Shown here piece by piece: positions 1-12,734 of a stretch of DNA of 64,000 nt. Position 1 is the first letter of the stretch; every line of letters begins with the position of its first letter. Position numbers and translations under genes: made by a program. Under the pieces are notes generated by a model. It made no database searches, was not told where the DNA came from, and saw nothing but the letters and a program-made list of their open reading frames with translations. Source of the stretch: Botryllus schlosseri. Lineage: Eukaryota. The stretch is from the NCBI GenBank assembly GCA_051294905.1, contig CM119371.1:310001-374000 (forward strand), in the 5' to 3' direction.

Positions 1-1666
1 CTGTCTCCTGAGAGAGAGTGCCGCAAGGTCCAAAGGTTTGGAACTACTGATATAGAAGTCACGTTGTTAAAAATATTCGAACCAGTCATGGTCCTCTTCT
101 CAGTGAATTCTTAAAAATTGCTGCTATTGGTATATTCCCGATTTAAGGCAGGGGCACCAAACTCAAACTCGGCCACATCGGTATGACGAGCCAGATATCG
201 GCCTCACTCAATGTATAACCTGCGATATTCTCTCCCAGTTCCCAATCTAATCTATTCCAACCCCAATCTACGCGTCTACACTTTGTGAGGCTATAGCTAA
301 CTAACCTACGGACCGTAGGTTAGTCATTTATAGTGAGCCATATTTCTCTATCGCCCTCTCCTGACCCATATCACTATTCCGCCAAAACTTTTGTTATATT
401 CTGGCTGTTACTGAAAAAGCTTCTGACCCCAGCGGCAGATCAATCTCCTTCACTGCAAAACCATTACTGCTGTATACTTTTCCTGCTGTACGCAGGTTGT
501 TTCTGTTGTTGTTGCAAGTACGGTACTCTTGTGTTATTGTATTATGACGTAACCCACTTAACAGAGGGTTCACCCTTAGGTCAAGGGAAAGTGATTCGGT
601 GACCATTCATTGCGTATGAATCACTAGCATAAGCTGTATTAGTTTGTACTTTGTAGCAGAGATGAGCGGACTTGAATTTCTATGTCCTAATCCAATCCAA
701 ATCCGACAAAATTTCACAAATCCTGTTTTTTCAAATCTCTAATCCTAATCCATGCTCATGGCGTCCTTCTGGCGTTCCTTCTTCGCCAACGCCTCTACAC
801 CCTTGGAATATTTCATTAATGTTGTGTGCTGTGTTCTCGGCTATTTATAACCGACTATTTGCTCGTTAACGTTTGTTTTGTATCGTTACTACCTTACTAT
901 CGTATCTTGCCTGTCTACTAGTTGTTGTTGTTTTTTGTTATTATTACGTCATAGACACAAAATAGTTCTTACATTTCGAATTTGATCCACCCCATCACTG
1001 ACGTCCGCTACTGATGAGGGTCATCAAACTCGATCATGCATTTGTAGAGATGTTATCCCAATCTTATCTAGAATCTTAGCCAAATTTACTGGGGCCAGAA
1101 ACTTTGCGCACCCTACTGTTCACGAAATGCAATCTAACAGTTTTTGAGCAAGTGAAAATACTAATGCGAACCAGAATTTTGTAATTCGTAGCTTCTTTAC
1201 TTTTGCATTTATTTTAATTTCACAAACCTTATCGGTATCATCCTTTTGGCTGACGCCTCACATTTCGTTTGCCTCACTCAGATATGAGTATATTCGTTTG
1301 ATAACATTTCATTGACTGTCTTGTAGCCTATTCGCTGTTAGTCGTTGCCAGTCACTTATTTCTATTCTCTGTTTGTATTTTCCAGTACTCATGATTAGGA
1401 ATAGTTCGAATACGTTCAAGTTTTTATTTAATTAAACGGTAATCTATGTATCACGAATGAAACATGAATTGCTTGAAATTGTAGTTAATTATGTCGCTGC
1501 GGTTGTCAAAGAACACCTCTGTACCGAATCAATAACACGTTCAACAGTAATTGTAATTATAAATGTAAATAATTACATGTTTAACAGTAATTAAATTGTA
1601 ATGGTAATTTGATATTTTTAGCATCAAGTAATTTTAATTGTAATGTAATTGAAACATGCAAGGGAG

Positions 1667-3137
1667 CAGAGTTGGATCAATTGTAATTTCTAATTGTAAT
1701 TGACTGTAGTGAATTACATTTTTCAATGTAATTGTAATGTAATTATAATTGAAGCATTTTTATTTTGTGTAATTGTAATTGTAATTGTAATTTAACAAAA
1801 AATTTGCCTAATTACAATTTCAATTACATTAAATTGCTATTGAGACCTGACAAGCACAACATAAAATAATTGACTTATAATGCATTCTTTTTAAATGTCG
1901 ACAAGGAATTTGGTGGATCCATTCGCGGAAGCCCTTGACTGCGCCCTTGCGGGCGAAGTTTTTATATTTTTACCGCTATGCTGGCCTCGGCTGCCATTGT
2001 ATACAATTAATAGATTACTAACCAACGGATGGATTCGCAACACGTGACTCACGATTTAATACGCCGAGAAGCGAACTGCTGCGCCGGCTAAAAGCAGCAG
2101 AGTTGATAGTCCCATAGCTGGCGATCCAAGCGTCGAAATTTGATATGTATGGTCCTAATCGAAAGCTAGTGTCGCACTGATTCCGTAATAAAAGTATATT
2201 TCCTGGCAATGGTACCATCCCAAAATAGTCGTGAAAGTCTGGGAATCGGCATTGTTCTGAACAATCGCTGGGCGTAATTGGTCATTGTTGTGGTCATGCT
2301 GCTGCGGCGCTTTCACTTTTCAGAACAAACGGCCTTAAACGGCTATTTTGGAGCAGTTACATTGCCCTGACGAGATTTTAATTTGTATTTTCGTAATTAG
2401 TGCATCAATAGCTTACGATAAAGACCAGATGCATCAAAGTTAGACGCTTGGAGCGCCAGTTCTAGGACTACAAAGTTATGCTGCTTTTAGCCGGCTCTGC
2501 AGTACGTTTGTCGGTGCATTCATCCGTGACTCAGACCTTGCGCATCTATCCGTGGGTTGGCAATCTACAGTGCGATTTCAGATCACGATGTTGCATCGTT
2601 ACTTCGTCTGGCTAACTAACCAGACCATTGTATATTATATAACGTCTTATCTGACAAAGCACGGTTTTGTTTTTACTCCTCATCCTAATTGCTACGTCCC
2701 TCGATAAAAATAATATTATTTCTTTAATTATATACCATATACGCAATTCCAGCACGTGCATATGGGCATATTATAATACTTTTTTCAACGACATACTGCA
2801 TACTGGAATAGTTTGAAAACGTTTTTTCTTTTTATTAATTAACGGGTATTTGCGTATCATGAATGAAACATGAATACTTGAATTGTTGTTAATTACGACG
2901 CCACGGTTATCAAGGAGCACGGTTGAATTTATGATTATTCAATTACGTGTTCAACAGCAGCAATTGTAATTGTAATTGTAATGTAATTGAAGCATGCAAG
3001 GAGTAATTGTAATTGTAATTGTTATTTGATATTTTTAGCATGGAGTAATTGTAATTGTAATGTAATTGAAACATGCATGAAAGTAATTGTAATTGTAATT
3101 GTAATTGAGCTGAAATAATGTAATTGATCCAACTATG
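1667..3137. mobile_element. hAT-type non-autonomous element with (GTAATT)n subterminal arrays, inserted into a copy of its own family (outer right end at 3199)
   Basis: CAGAGTTGGATCAATT...AATTGATCCAACTATG with TSD caagggag/caagtgag. Segment 1398-1660 is a diverged direct copy of ~2805-3080. A second terminus AATTGATCCAACGCTG ends at ~3199. Confidence 0.75.
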
Positions 3138-3978
3138 CAAGTGAGTAATTGTAATTCTTATTGTAATTGAACAGAATTAATGTAATTGATCCAACGCTGG
3201 TGTGCATACCATATGTGTGGTACTGTTGGACTACCAGTAAAGTTAGTCAGACAGACTTGTACAAACTTCTCATTTATTTAGTTGATGGTCAACCAAATAA
3301 GACTATTTTACTAGTTTTAGTTCTAGTTCCAGTTGCTGATTTTGAAAATTTAGTAGTTTTGATTCTCGTTATAGCTGCGGATTGTAAAAATTGACTAGTT
3401 GTACTTCTAGTTGCGCTTTTTCAAAACCCAGCAGTTTGTACAAGTTTGGTGTCTAGTTGCATTTCCAAGTACCAGTACCAATAGACGAAATTCCAATAGT
3501 GTGATTACTTTACTGTTCTTCGAAATGACAATGAAATGTCGGGCTTGGTCGTCTGATTCTCGACTCATATGACTTGGTTCGAGTCAAGCACAACAAGCTT
3601 CGCTCCACCGTTTGCTCAAATATCTATAATGGCCAGACGACGATACGACACTCTAATGATTTCGAAATAAGTGGTATTCATCCGCTGACATGCCACCGAT
3701 AATATTTACTGGCCACTGCGTTATAATGTTTTATCGAGTCAAAATCGAGTCAATACACGGATTGAATCGAGCGTAGTCGAGTCATTTACGTATTTTACGA
3801 AAATGAATCGGGTAAAGTGAAGTCATCAGAAAATCATGACTCGAGTCATTACAGCTTTGCCCCAGATATACACGACCTATGTTGACTATGTGGCGGGGCT
3901 GCATTATAGGACATTTGAAGACAATGACCATTGATTTTATGAAACAGCTGCACTACATAGTACCGGATAAAACACTCA

Positions 3979-5823
3979 CGTTGGTCCGTTGGAATTGCTT
4001 CAATTCCGGAATTCATATTGTAGTTGATGGTGGTCTTGTGAATTTGATCTCCTGCCACGACGTTGACCGTGCTGTTTATGATCCGTTGATTGATGTTTTC
4101 GTCTTCCGCCAAACTTGCAGATCCTGAGATACGCGCGAATATTACGTTCGATATTCCGATGCATACTAATTTGTAAGCATTTTTAGATCAAGTAACGATC
4201 ATGGAAACTTCTCAGAATATCTTACTAATATTAGATTCAATTGAATAGTATATTCAATTGTATATTGAAGTTATGTACCTCCAAGAAGCTCTTCTAATAT
4301 ATGCAGCGCCCGAATATTCTTATTATATTTCAATAATTTGAATGGATGGTTCATGGAACAGAACTTGAATATAGTTTTTAATACATCCATTGAGAATGCA
4401 ACTTGCGTTAAAAAACTATCGCGATGAAAGATTCTCTATATTAGGTAAAGGCCGCACTAATTTCCATCTGTCTGCACCGGAATCGACTTATAATGAAATC
4501 CCCCGACCGCGCTTGTGTCAGCAGAAGGAAATTTGTAGTCAATCAGAAAATTGGCCACTAGCTGCTCTCGCGGTTTGCCTGTATTTCATGTTGTTTATTT
4601 CTATGACGCCATAATTGGTTGTATGCAATGTAGCTAGATGCATGTTTTGGAAATTCTCGATTTGCTGACGATTGCCCTTGAAGAGTGTCAGCTCGAAAAG
4701 CTTCGGGTTTTAATATATCTCTACAATGAATATATTATTAAAATATATATTAAAGTTCTGTACCCCAAAGAGTCTCTACATCCATTGTAGTAGAATATAT
4801 ATTGAACTCGAAGAGTTTCGGGAGTTAACGGCACATCAAAAAGATTTTACCATAGTTAAAAGTAAAACCAAAAAGGATAAGTATGACAGAACAATCACAG
4901 ACCATGAGATCCGCATTGTGACTATTTTATAACAATATTAAACTCTGAAGTACAGTGTTCGCCATACGGTATGGTTGCCAGTAAATTCGGCCCTCGGTAT
5001 ATTCTGTCCTCGGATAATTTTGTATTAAAATGTATAACAACCCGTTAATATGAATTAATTACATAATAAATCTGTTATTAAGTGATTTGAAGATTAGGGT
5101 ATGCGTAGATCGCGTAATCGCGGGGGATGCCGTGGGTAATTACGGGACTGATTAATTTTTATACAAAATTCATTTTTATAAAAAATTCACCGAGGGCTGA
5201 ATTGACCGAGGACCGAATTTCCGAGGGCCAAATTTACTAGTCGAATTTACCGAGGGCCAGATTTACTGGCAATCTACGGTACTATAGCTGCAGCGCAATT
5301 TATAAATAAACAGTTGTTATCACGAAACAAAACAAACTAATGAGAAATTCGTGAGGTATGGACAAAATCTTTTTTGTCAGCATAAAATAGGTTTTTTCAA
5401 TTGAATAATGATATAGACTAACACTTTTAAATGAAACAAAGATCTGCCTCGCACAATGACCGTCAACATATTGTCATTAATCATAGTGTTGTGCGCAGGC
5501 GAAATTTTCACTTAAATGTTCACCAATCGACGAAGCATATGCTTGGAGTAATTCTCATAACAATCTCTTTTGGCAGTTAATTTGCATTGGCGTGTGAGCT
5601 CTACGTGGTCATTTGCGCATGTTGTTAAGCGAATAAATTCTGGAATATGCTGCTTTACACGCTCAAACAATCAATAGGTAACTTAAATATGATTTTATAT
5701 GAATAATATTGAGAAAATATAGGAACTCAAATATTCTAGCAATTACTTACTGCCTTCTTCGGGTAATAATGGTAGAGGCACATCATCCACACCAGAAATC
5801 CGTTCTTCTCCCCCTTCCGCCAT
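3979..5823 (-). CDS. Probable first two coding exons of a host gene (~5823-5751 and ~4123-3980), product unknown; downstream exons not identified
   Basis: ATG GCG GAA GGG: MAEGGEERISGVDDVPLPLLPEEG|gtaagt joins in phase 1 to cag|RSASLAEDENINQRIINSTVNVVAGDQIHKTTINYNMNSGIEAIPTDQ|gtgagt, with strong consensus splice sites. Confidence 0.55.
4973..5274. mobile_element. MITE with ~15-bp subterminal tandem repeats (superfamily unassigned)
   Basis: Inverted ends GGTTGCCAGTAAATTCGGCCCTCGGTA, repeats of CCGAGGGCCGAATTTA-like units, flanks tacggtat/tacggtac. Confidence 0.75.
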
Positions 5824-6733
5824 GATCACGATCACGTAACGTTAAATAATTGCTATATCACACAATACTAAGAATGCAAACACGGTGAATAGCCAACACT
5901 ATTTCAGAAATTGTATTTGAGTACTGCTTGAATAAATTCTCTATTTATCATAAACCAGGACAGCCGAGTCGTAGAGCGTACCAAATACTCCATTATATGG
6001 TGTCCGACGACACGAACCAACGGAAACCAGATCGGACTCACTTGAACTCTACATCACAGAAATGCAAAACTTGTAATACTCGAAGCCTGAACTGTTTGAG
6101 AAAGCTGTTGAAACAAAATCCACGTGATGACCACTAACATGTCGCAACGATTTCCTGCTTTCCAGTAATAGTAGTGTTGATGTCATCATATGTTTCGAAA
6201 ATAATCCATCCCTTATTTGACAACAACATTGTTGAGGTGATATGCAACAATATATGTGGTTTTTTAATGCATGTGTTGGATGTAGCCTACTGATACTGGT
6301 GACGCAACATCTTGTGCTTCCTTGATAATACACAATACTCGAGTATATAGAATAGATCTACGATACGATATGTTGCATTCTGGCCCTGTTGGTTTCTACA
6401 ACACTTTAAAACAGTTGATTGGTCACACATTAGTCTGTATGTGCGTGAACGATACCCACACCAGCATCAATCGGTTTATGGCTGTCTCGTATAAAGGATT
6501 TGATCGGTTGCCTTCATTAGCTTATTCTCCACACAATGGTACGGGCAAATATAGTGTGAGTCAGCTTCGTTTGAACGACTCTACATGTGAAACTCATTTT
6601 CGTTCATGTATAGATTGATTATACGGTAGTTCGAAAAAGTTATCATACACGTCATAACACACAATAATAATTATAATAACCAGATCACTGGCGATCCCAA
6701 CGAATAGTTTGATGGCATATAGAAGGTTATGAC

Positions 6734-7332
6734 CAGTGGTGGCCTTACCATTGGGGGGCCGTGGGCGAGACTTCCTGGAATCCCTATAAGTAATTAATCC
6801 GCAGGCCCTTTCGCATCTAATGTTACCAACTTGATACTAGTACTTCATATTAAACGGGATTACCTGATGTTTGTATGACACTATGACAAGGCTTTGAAGC
6901 AGGCCGGAATGTTGAATTGCTTATCTCATGAGCCTTTTTTTATCACAAATTGTAAAAGAACTGAACCAGTTAACTATAGCTCACGCATTCATGTTGAAGA
7001 TCTATGGCCGCGCAAACTAATAGAATAGCGATACAGCTGCTGTAGGCTAAATAGACCCACGCTAGTCTGAAAAGCTATATCGGCTTACATTGCAATAAGC
7101 CAGCACACTTCGTCAAGGTTTGATCCATGGCACTGCATTAGGTGATTGCATGGTTGCAAGGATATAGACTACATCAGAACTAGGTACTTATACCGCATGC
7201 AGAGACCGGATGATTATCGGGATATGGGGCTTTTCAAACAAATGCAGAGATTCGATAATTGACCAGAAAGGGGGGCCCGTCGACCAGGGGGCGGGCGACC
7301 ACCCACCTCACCAACCCCAAAAGCCACCACTG
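6734..7332. mobile_element. Non-autonomous DNA transposon (8-bp TSD)
   Basis: CAGTGGTGGC...GCCACCACTG with TSD gttatgac/gttatggc. Confidence 0.75.
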
Positions 7333-8526
7333 GTTATGGCTGTTGATGAGAGAATACTCAAATATTTAACTAGGACTATATACAGAGCAATAGCTATATG
7401 AACTGCGGGTAAAATAAAACATCAGACGCTTTCACGCCCTCCACTGAACTACAGTGAGGTTGAGCGGTAGTTCTCTTCAAGAATAACGTGATTGACGAAG
7501 CAGGGGTGAGGTTATGATAGTTATATGAGGTGTCAGACCAGGGTGGTAACCATACAATGTCCCCTCTAAGCAGTGCACGTGCGCACAGAAAATCTATGTC
7601 GCGCACAAAAAACACGAAGTGATGACCTTTCTTTTAGTCGTTACGCACTGTTTTCCAAGGGGCTGCGCAGTGACTAGGCCAGTGTGCGGAGACCCATCAA
7701 AAATTAGAGGGAACTTTGGTTGTAACTAAGTCACAAGGTTACGAGTCACAGGGAAATCTTAGTCTCAGAGTTTTGACTCTAGTCAAATTGACTAATTCTC
7801 AATTCAGCACTGGATCAAGTCCCATGCTATGTCATTGTCGCGCTTTTGAGTTTCAAGCTCTAGTCGTGTCCATGGTACTTTTTATACAACTGCAGCATGG
7901 TTTTCCTCACAAAAAGCATTTTCTGGTCCCAATGTATCCAATAGCACCATTACTGTTAGACGAAAAACAAATAATGTGGCAACTATACTCTTCTTCGCAG
8001 TTACAATGACACTCCGTATTAGCAGTCCGAGTCTCATAACTTCTCCAGTCGGCGGGCGAAATATAGGAAAATTAGGTAATTGTCTGGCCGGATTGCTGAA
8101 TCGATAAATTATTCGCCCATTTATCCACATACAGGCCTACAAGGAATGATTCGTATTTAATGAATGCATTTTAACGACGGCAATGTCACTTCAGAGCCAT
8201 TTCTCGTCGATATTGACGAAGACAATGTGGATTTGAGGATACCATTGTCATACAGGCACCACCATGTCTGCTTCTATCTGATCAATCAACACACGGTGCA
8301 ATCCTTGATTAAGATTTCAAGGCGTTCGATAACCTCGGTACCCCTAATTTACCAAGATATCAATTCATCAGGGTTGAGTAGGTGACAAAATAGCCTCGTT
8401 GTTCAACTGTGTGGCCTAAATATTGTCGATATTGATTTCATGCGGTCCGCGTCCTATACGAAATTTTCCAAGTGGCCCGCGAACCGTTTTAAGTTGGGGA
8501 CCATTGATATATAAGCGGAGTCTTCC

Positions 8527-8949
8527 TAGGTTTACCATACGTCCTCTTTTAAGAGGATTTTTCCTCTTTTTTGCTTTTTTGAAAGTGTTCTCGGAGGACG
8601 CCCAAATGTCCTCTTTTTTGAGATTTTGTCCTCTTTTTTGAGAATTTTGGTTAAATATATGGCAAAATCGAATGAGATACTGTAAATTAACACTGAAGCA
8701 GCACTTCAGCGGCTATTTCGGGAGACCAGCCGAAACGTTAACTATTTTGTTAGTCAACCAACTGATAATGTGAAAGGAAAAACTGTATTTTAGGTGCTGA
8801 GTGAGAAAGTTGACCTGTCTTTTATTTTAGTTAACCGGCCGCGAAGTGGGAGAAATTTACCATTTTTTCAGAATTTTCCTCCGGTTTTGCAAGTCTGAAA
8901 ATTTTGAAAAAGTGTCCTCTTTTTAGATTTCCAAAATATGGTAACCCTA
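8527..8949. mobile_element. hAT-like MITE with TAGGGTTACCATA ends and GTCCTCTTTTT repeats (relatives at ~38700-38809 and 46803-47078)
   Basis: Inverted termini and shared internal sequence among the copies. The 46803-47078 copy has TSD attgacaa/attgacac. Confidence 0.75.
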
Positions 8950-9543
8950 CTTCTTACAAAATCCTAGAAGTGTGTCGTGCTACTATAGTCGGCGGTTACG
9001 TAATGACAAATAAGAATATCAGTCTGGTGTAAACGACCATTGTAGTCGACAAACAACATGATTACCACAAACGACATTAGGGTGGTTGATTACATCGTGA
9101 ATGTCGATAATGCAAGTCTTCTCGCTTCGACGAACTTACGCGTAAGCTCCACTCTCGCACACTGCACATACACGAAGGCTATATCATAACATACAGTCAC
9201 TAAAATTTGACGGAGTAAGCAAGTAGTGGGAATTCTCGGCAGACTGGGGCCGCGGGCCAAATTATCATGTAAGACGTCAATCTCTGCGTGGGCCTTACAA
9301 AATCCCTTCGCGGACCGGATTCGGCCCGCGGGCCGTATGTTGCCCGCCCCTGATATAGGCTATAGTCATGCGCAATGACTAGAGCAGTGGTTCCCAACCT
9401 TTTTCCAGCCACGTACCATTTTGAGGTTTTATGCAGTGCTCGCGTACCACCTATATAAGTTACTCGCGTTTCCACCATTTATGACGTCATACTCACGTAT
9501 TTGGCCTATGCGAGGTGTATTAACAAATTCTATTAAACTAGGC

Positions 9544-10821
9544 CAGGGATGTCAAACATACGGCCGCCAGACGATTTTATCCGGTCCGCATAGCAATTCT
9601 GAGTACATTGAAAAAAGATTATATTATACATCACATCCACATTAATAAACCAAATTATAACGTCCGCGTTGACAGTTAAATATCTTATATTCATCACAAC
9701 GCATACGCAGGGCTAACGCCAGATTATGACTAACGCAGGGGTGGCCAACCTTTTTGCCATTCACGGCCGCATTTCGACCACTCGCGTAGCCTACGGTTGT
9801 ATTCCAGGGCATAGTCGTAATGAACGAGCTGGACGCCAAATACCCAGGTTAAAGTGTCTATGTCCATTTCTGGTGTACTCCGGACAAATCTATTTAATGA
9901 TAGGCTTACTATGCGCACCAAAATCGCGAGTGGTCACTGGTAATGTTAAGGAAGGAAGTGCTCATAGTGGCGCGAAGCGCGAAAAGAATTCAGATTCACC
10001 AATGAATATCGTCATTGATATTAGTAGTTTTACATATTACCATCAAACATTTATCCTTTCTCATCCCGTGTGATCAGATTCACTGATATAGAGTTGATGT
10101 AGGGGCGTTTTCGAAAATTTAAAGCAAGTTATAAATTATGATGCATCTTCGGGTGGGCCAATAGGTATTAGTCACTTTGTAGCATGCTGTTATTTCTTGA
10201 CCTCCCATCAGGATTGTTAGTATAGTGAGGAGCACACGATTCCGAGCTGATATTTCCATGTGAGGCGCATCATTTTCACTGATGTTTGCATCTGTATTGT
10301 GGGGCTCTGATTGCAAAGGGTGATACTGTATAAAAATCGAAAAACGTAGTTGCATTGAATCGCGCGCAGCGTGAAGAAAATTTCAAGATTAATTAAAATC
10401 TTTCAAGAAATCGGGATTCAATTCGGAAATTCGAATTGCATGTCGACGGCCACCAACACATACTAATTGAATTCCGTGTCTACGGCCGCAGGTTGGCCAC
10501 CTCTGGACTAAAGCAAAGGGAACACTGAAATATGACTACTTGTATCGCCGGTAATGCCATTGTTTTAGCGGTTCTTAACTGTATTCAACCGGACAAACAT
10601 CGTATTTTCGACAATTTCATTGCTCGCAAATATTGGTGTTGCGACTCGCTAGAATGAAACCCCTACGGTCCGTGTATTATCTATATATGCTTGATAATAA
10701 AGTATTCCAGCGAGAAGCAATGGCACGAGGCAACATTTTGGATTCCGTTGACTGGTCCGGCCAGCGAGCGATTTCATGACTTCGATCCGACCCGCGATGC
10801 AATTTGAGCTTGACACCTCTG
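9544..10821. mobile_element. Non-autonomous Buster-type hAT element
   Basis: CAGGGATGTCAA...TTGACACCTCTG with perfect TSD AACTAGGC. Confidence 0.88.
9736..10505. mobile_element. Buster-type MITE nested in 9544-10821; same family as 21858-22396
   Basis: CAGGGGTGGCCAACC...GGTTGGCCACCTCTG with TSD gactaacg/gactaaag. Internal similarity to 21858-22396. Confidence 0.88.
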
Positions 10822-10937
10822 AACTAGGCATTATCAGCCAGGGTTGATGGAATGTATGGAATTGTGTTTTTCACCACCAGTCATAAGAAGAACAACATAA
10901 TGAAATAAAAACACAGCACAACAAAAAGTCAATTTAT

Positions 10938-11147
10938 TTACTGCGATGGCTGTACTTGTTTATTTTCCACTAGCTTGTCGATGCGTGGCATACGTTTGCT
11001 TACAGCGCATCGAAAGCCATGTATGTTCGCAACAAGTCGGTTTCGTTTCTTCGACTTGATAGCCATCAGGGGTGAAAATCCTTGCTCGCATTCCCACGTA
11101 TAAGGGAAAATTAGCAGCTGGGAAATAGCGCGGGACGACGGCTTCAA
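10938..11147 (-). pseudogene. C-terminal fragment of a Buster/Charlie (ZBED8/FAM200-like) hAT transposase
   Basis: LLIFPYTWECEQGFSPLMAIKSKKRNRL...RCAVSKRMPRIDKLVENKQVQPS matches the Buster-family C-terminus. Confidence 0.85.
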
Positions 11148-12025
11148 AAAAACTCAAAATCAACCTCACCTGAACTAATTACTCCCTTCGGTCGAAAAAA
11201 GCAGAATCTACTCGCGTACCACCTGGAAGACCTTCGCGTACCACTAGTGGTACGCGTACCACAGGTTGGGAACCACTGTGATACACCATGCGTTAGTACA
11301 ACGACGAAGCCGTTTCTGCTAGTGCGGAATAGTGTTGTTGCACACAGGCGAATAGCTTATTTTGAAAAAAAACAATAATTTGAAACTGACATCAATTTCA
11401 GCATTCAACCGTCAGCCACGTGTTGCACATCTATCCATAGATTAGTTATCAATACCTATATCTATAGCTACTGTTCGGTCAACTGGAAAGTTACACAGCA
11501 CATTGCATTGAAATAGCAGTGACGTAACGTTAGCAGTCTTCTCACAACTTTTCTGCAATCCTAGTTAAAACTCCAGAATCAAAGCAAGAGGCTTGGATGC
11601 ATGATTATGCATTTTTGTTTTACTTCTAATCCAATTCCTGGTTTTCCTGTAAAGGCGACTGTAGGCCTATTGTGTGAAACAAGCCAAGCTTGCTGTACGG
11701 TACAGACATTTGCTATTCTCATGTCCTTAATAAGAATGGACCATGATTTGGAACTTGATGCGATGTCCGAGTTTTCTCGAATTTAGTCATTTTAATCTAA
11801 TTTGTATACAAACTGTAGCTATAATTCTAATTTAAATCTAATTTGCAGACAACTGCTGTGTAGCTATAATCCTTACTCTACTCTGATTCGGAAATATATC
11901 TAACTGTAATTCCAATCTAATCAGGAAAAGCTAAAATATTTCTAATTGTCCAAGTCTTTTTGTGAAGTCCTTGTCAGGTATGATCGTTGCACTTGAATAA
12001 TTCTGTTTGTATATTATGATTTCAG

Positions 12026-12185
12026 ATAGCTGGATTCAGCTCAGTTGGAGGCGACACAATTGGCCAATCTGTCAGATCCATCATGAAAAAGGTCGCTACT
12101 ACCCGTGTGTGGAGCAGTTACAGCCGTGTTGGAAAATCTGAGAAGGAGGCTTTTAACAAGCTCGCGTTGTACAAGATCATATATA
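12026..12185 (+). pseudogene. Isolated DUF4806-like exon, probably a transposon accessory-gene remnant
   Basis: ttcag|IAGFSSVGGDTIGQSVRSIMKKVATTRVWSSYSRVGKSEKEAFNKLALYKIIY|gtgag matches the GG...V+.IM+K+....(W/Y)S..G...K.AF..L pattern I associate with DUF4806. Neighbouring exons were not found. Confidence 0.6.
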
Positions 12186-12734
12186 GTGAGCAACATTTAT
12201 GTTTACCTTCGAACCTATCTATATGTGTTCAGTAGCCTACCTTAGACCCCATGTAAATGTTGAGCTAGCTCAGTGGTTCTCGAACTTTTTTGACAAGCTA
12301 CCTTGACAATAGCTAAAATCTTCGCCACCACCCCTTTATCGTCATATCAAAAATATTAAAACGAGCAGCCAGAATATTAGCGACCCCAACACATTGTTTG
12401 GCGGCATGCAGGGCATTCTGGCTACACTATGATACCAGCCTGAACTATCGCGTCTCCAGCAGGACTGTCGTGTGTGCGCAGCGTGTGCGAATGTTGGCCT
12501 GACCGCGGACTTTAGGCTTTTGATGACTAAAATATCAGTTCCGACATGTTGGCGTAGCCAGGAGCCATCTTTGTATATGACCATAAAGTAGAATATCTCG
12601 TAAAGGATTTATTTGTCTTGATATTTTTTTAGCGCTGCGCTCGATTTATTGCCAATCGATTTCTTGCTTTTAGTATTGATGTCTCCTCCTGAAACGTCTT
12701 ATTTACGGAATTGATATTAGCTATATTCGCAATT

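Larger units (their letters stand above)
9385..11278. mobile_element. Internally deleted Buster-type hAT element carrying two nested MITEs
   Basis: TIRs CAGTGGTTCCCAACC and CGCGTACCAC subterminal repeats at both ends. Contains the transposase C-terminal remnant. Flanks gactagag/tgatacac do not form a clean TSD. Confidence 0.75.

Noticed and set aside
2150..2320. Third exon of the MAEG gene (LKAPQQHDHNNDQLRP...)
   Set aside because: It lies inside the 1667-3137 element and lacks a convincing donor site.
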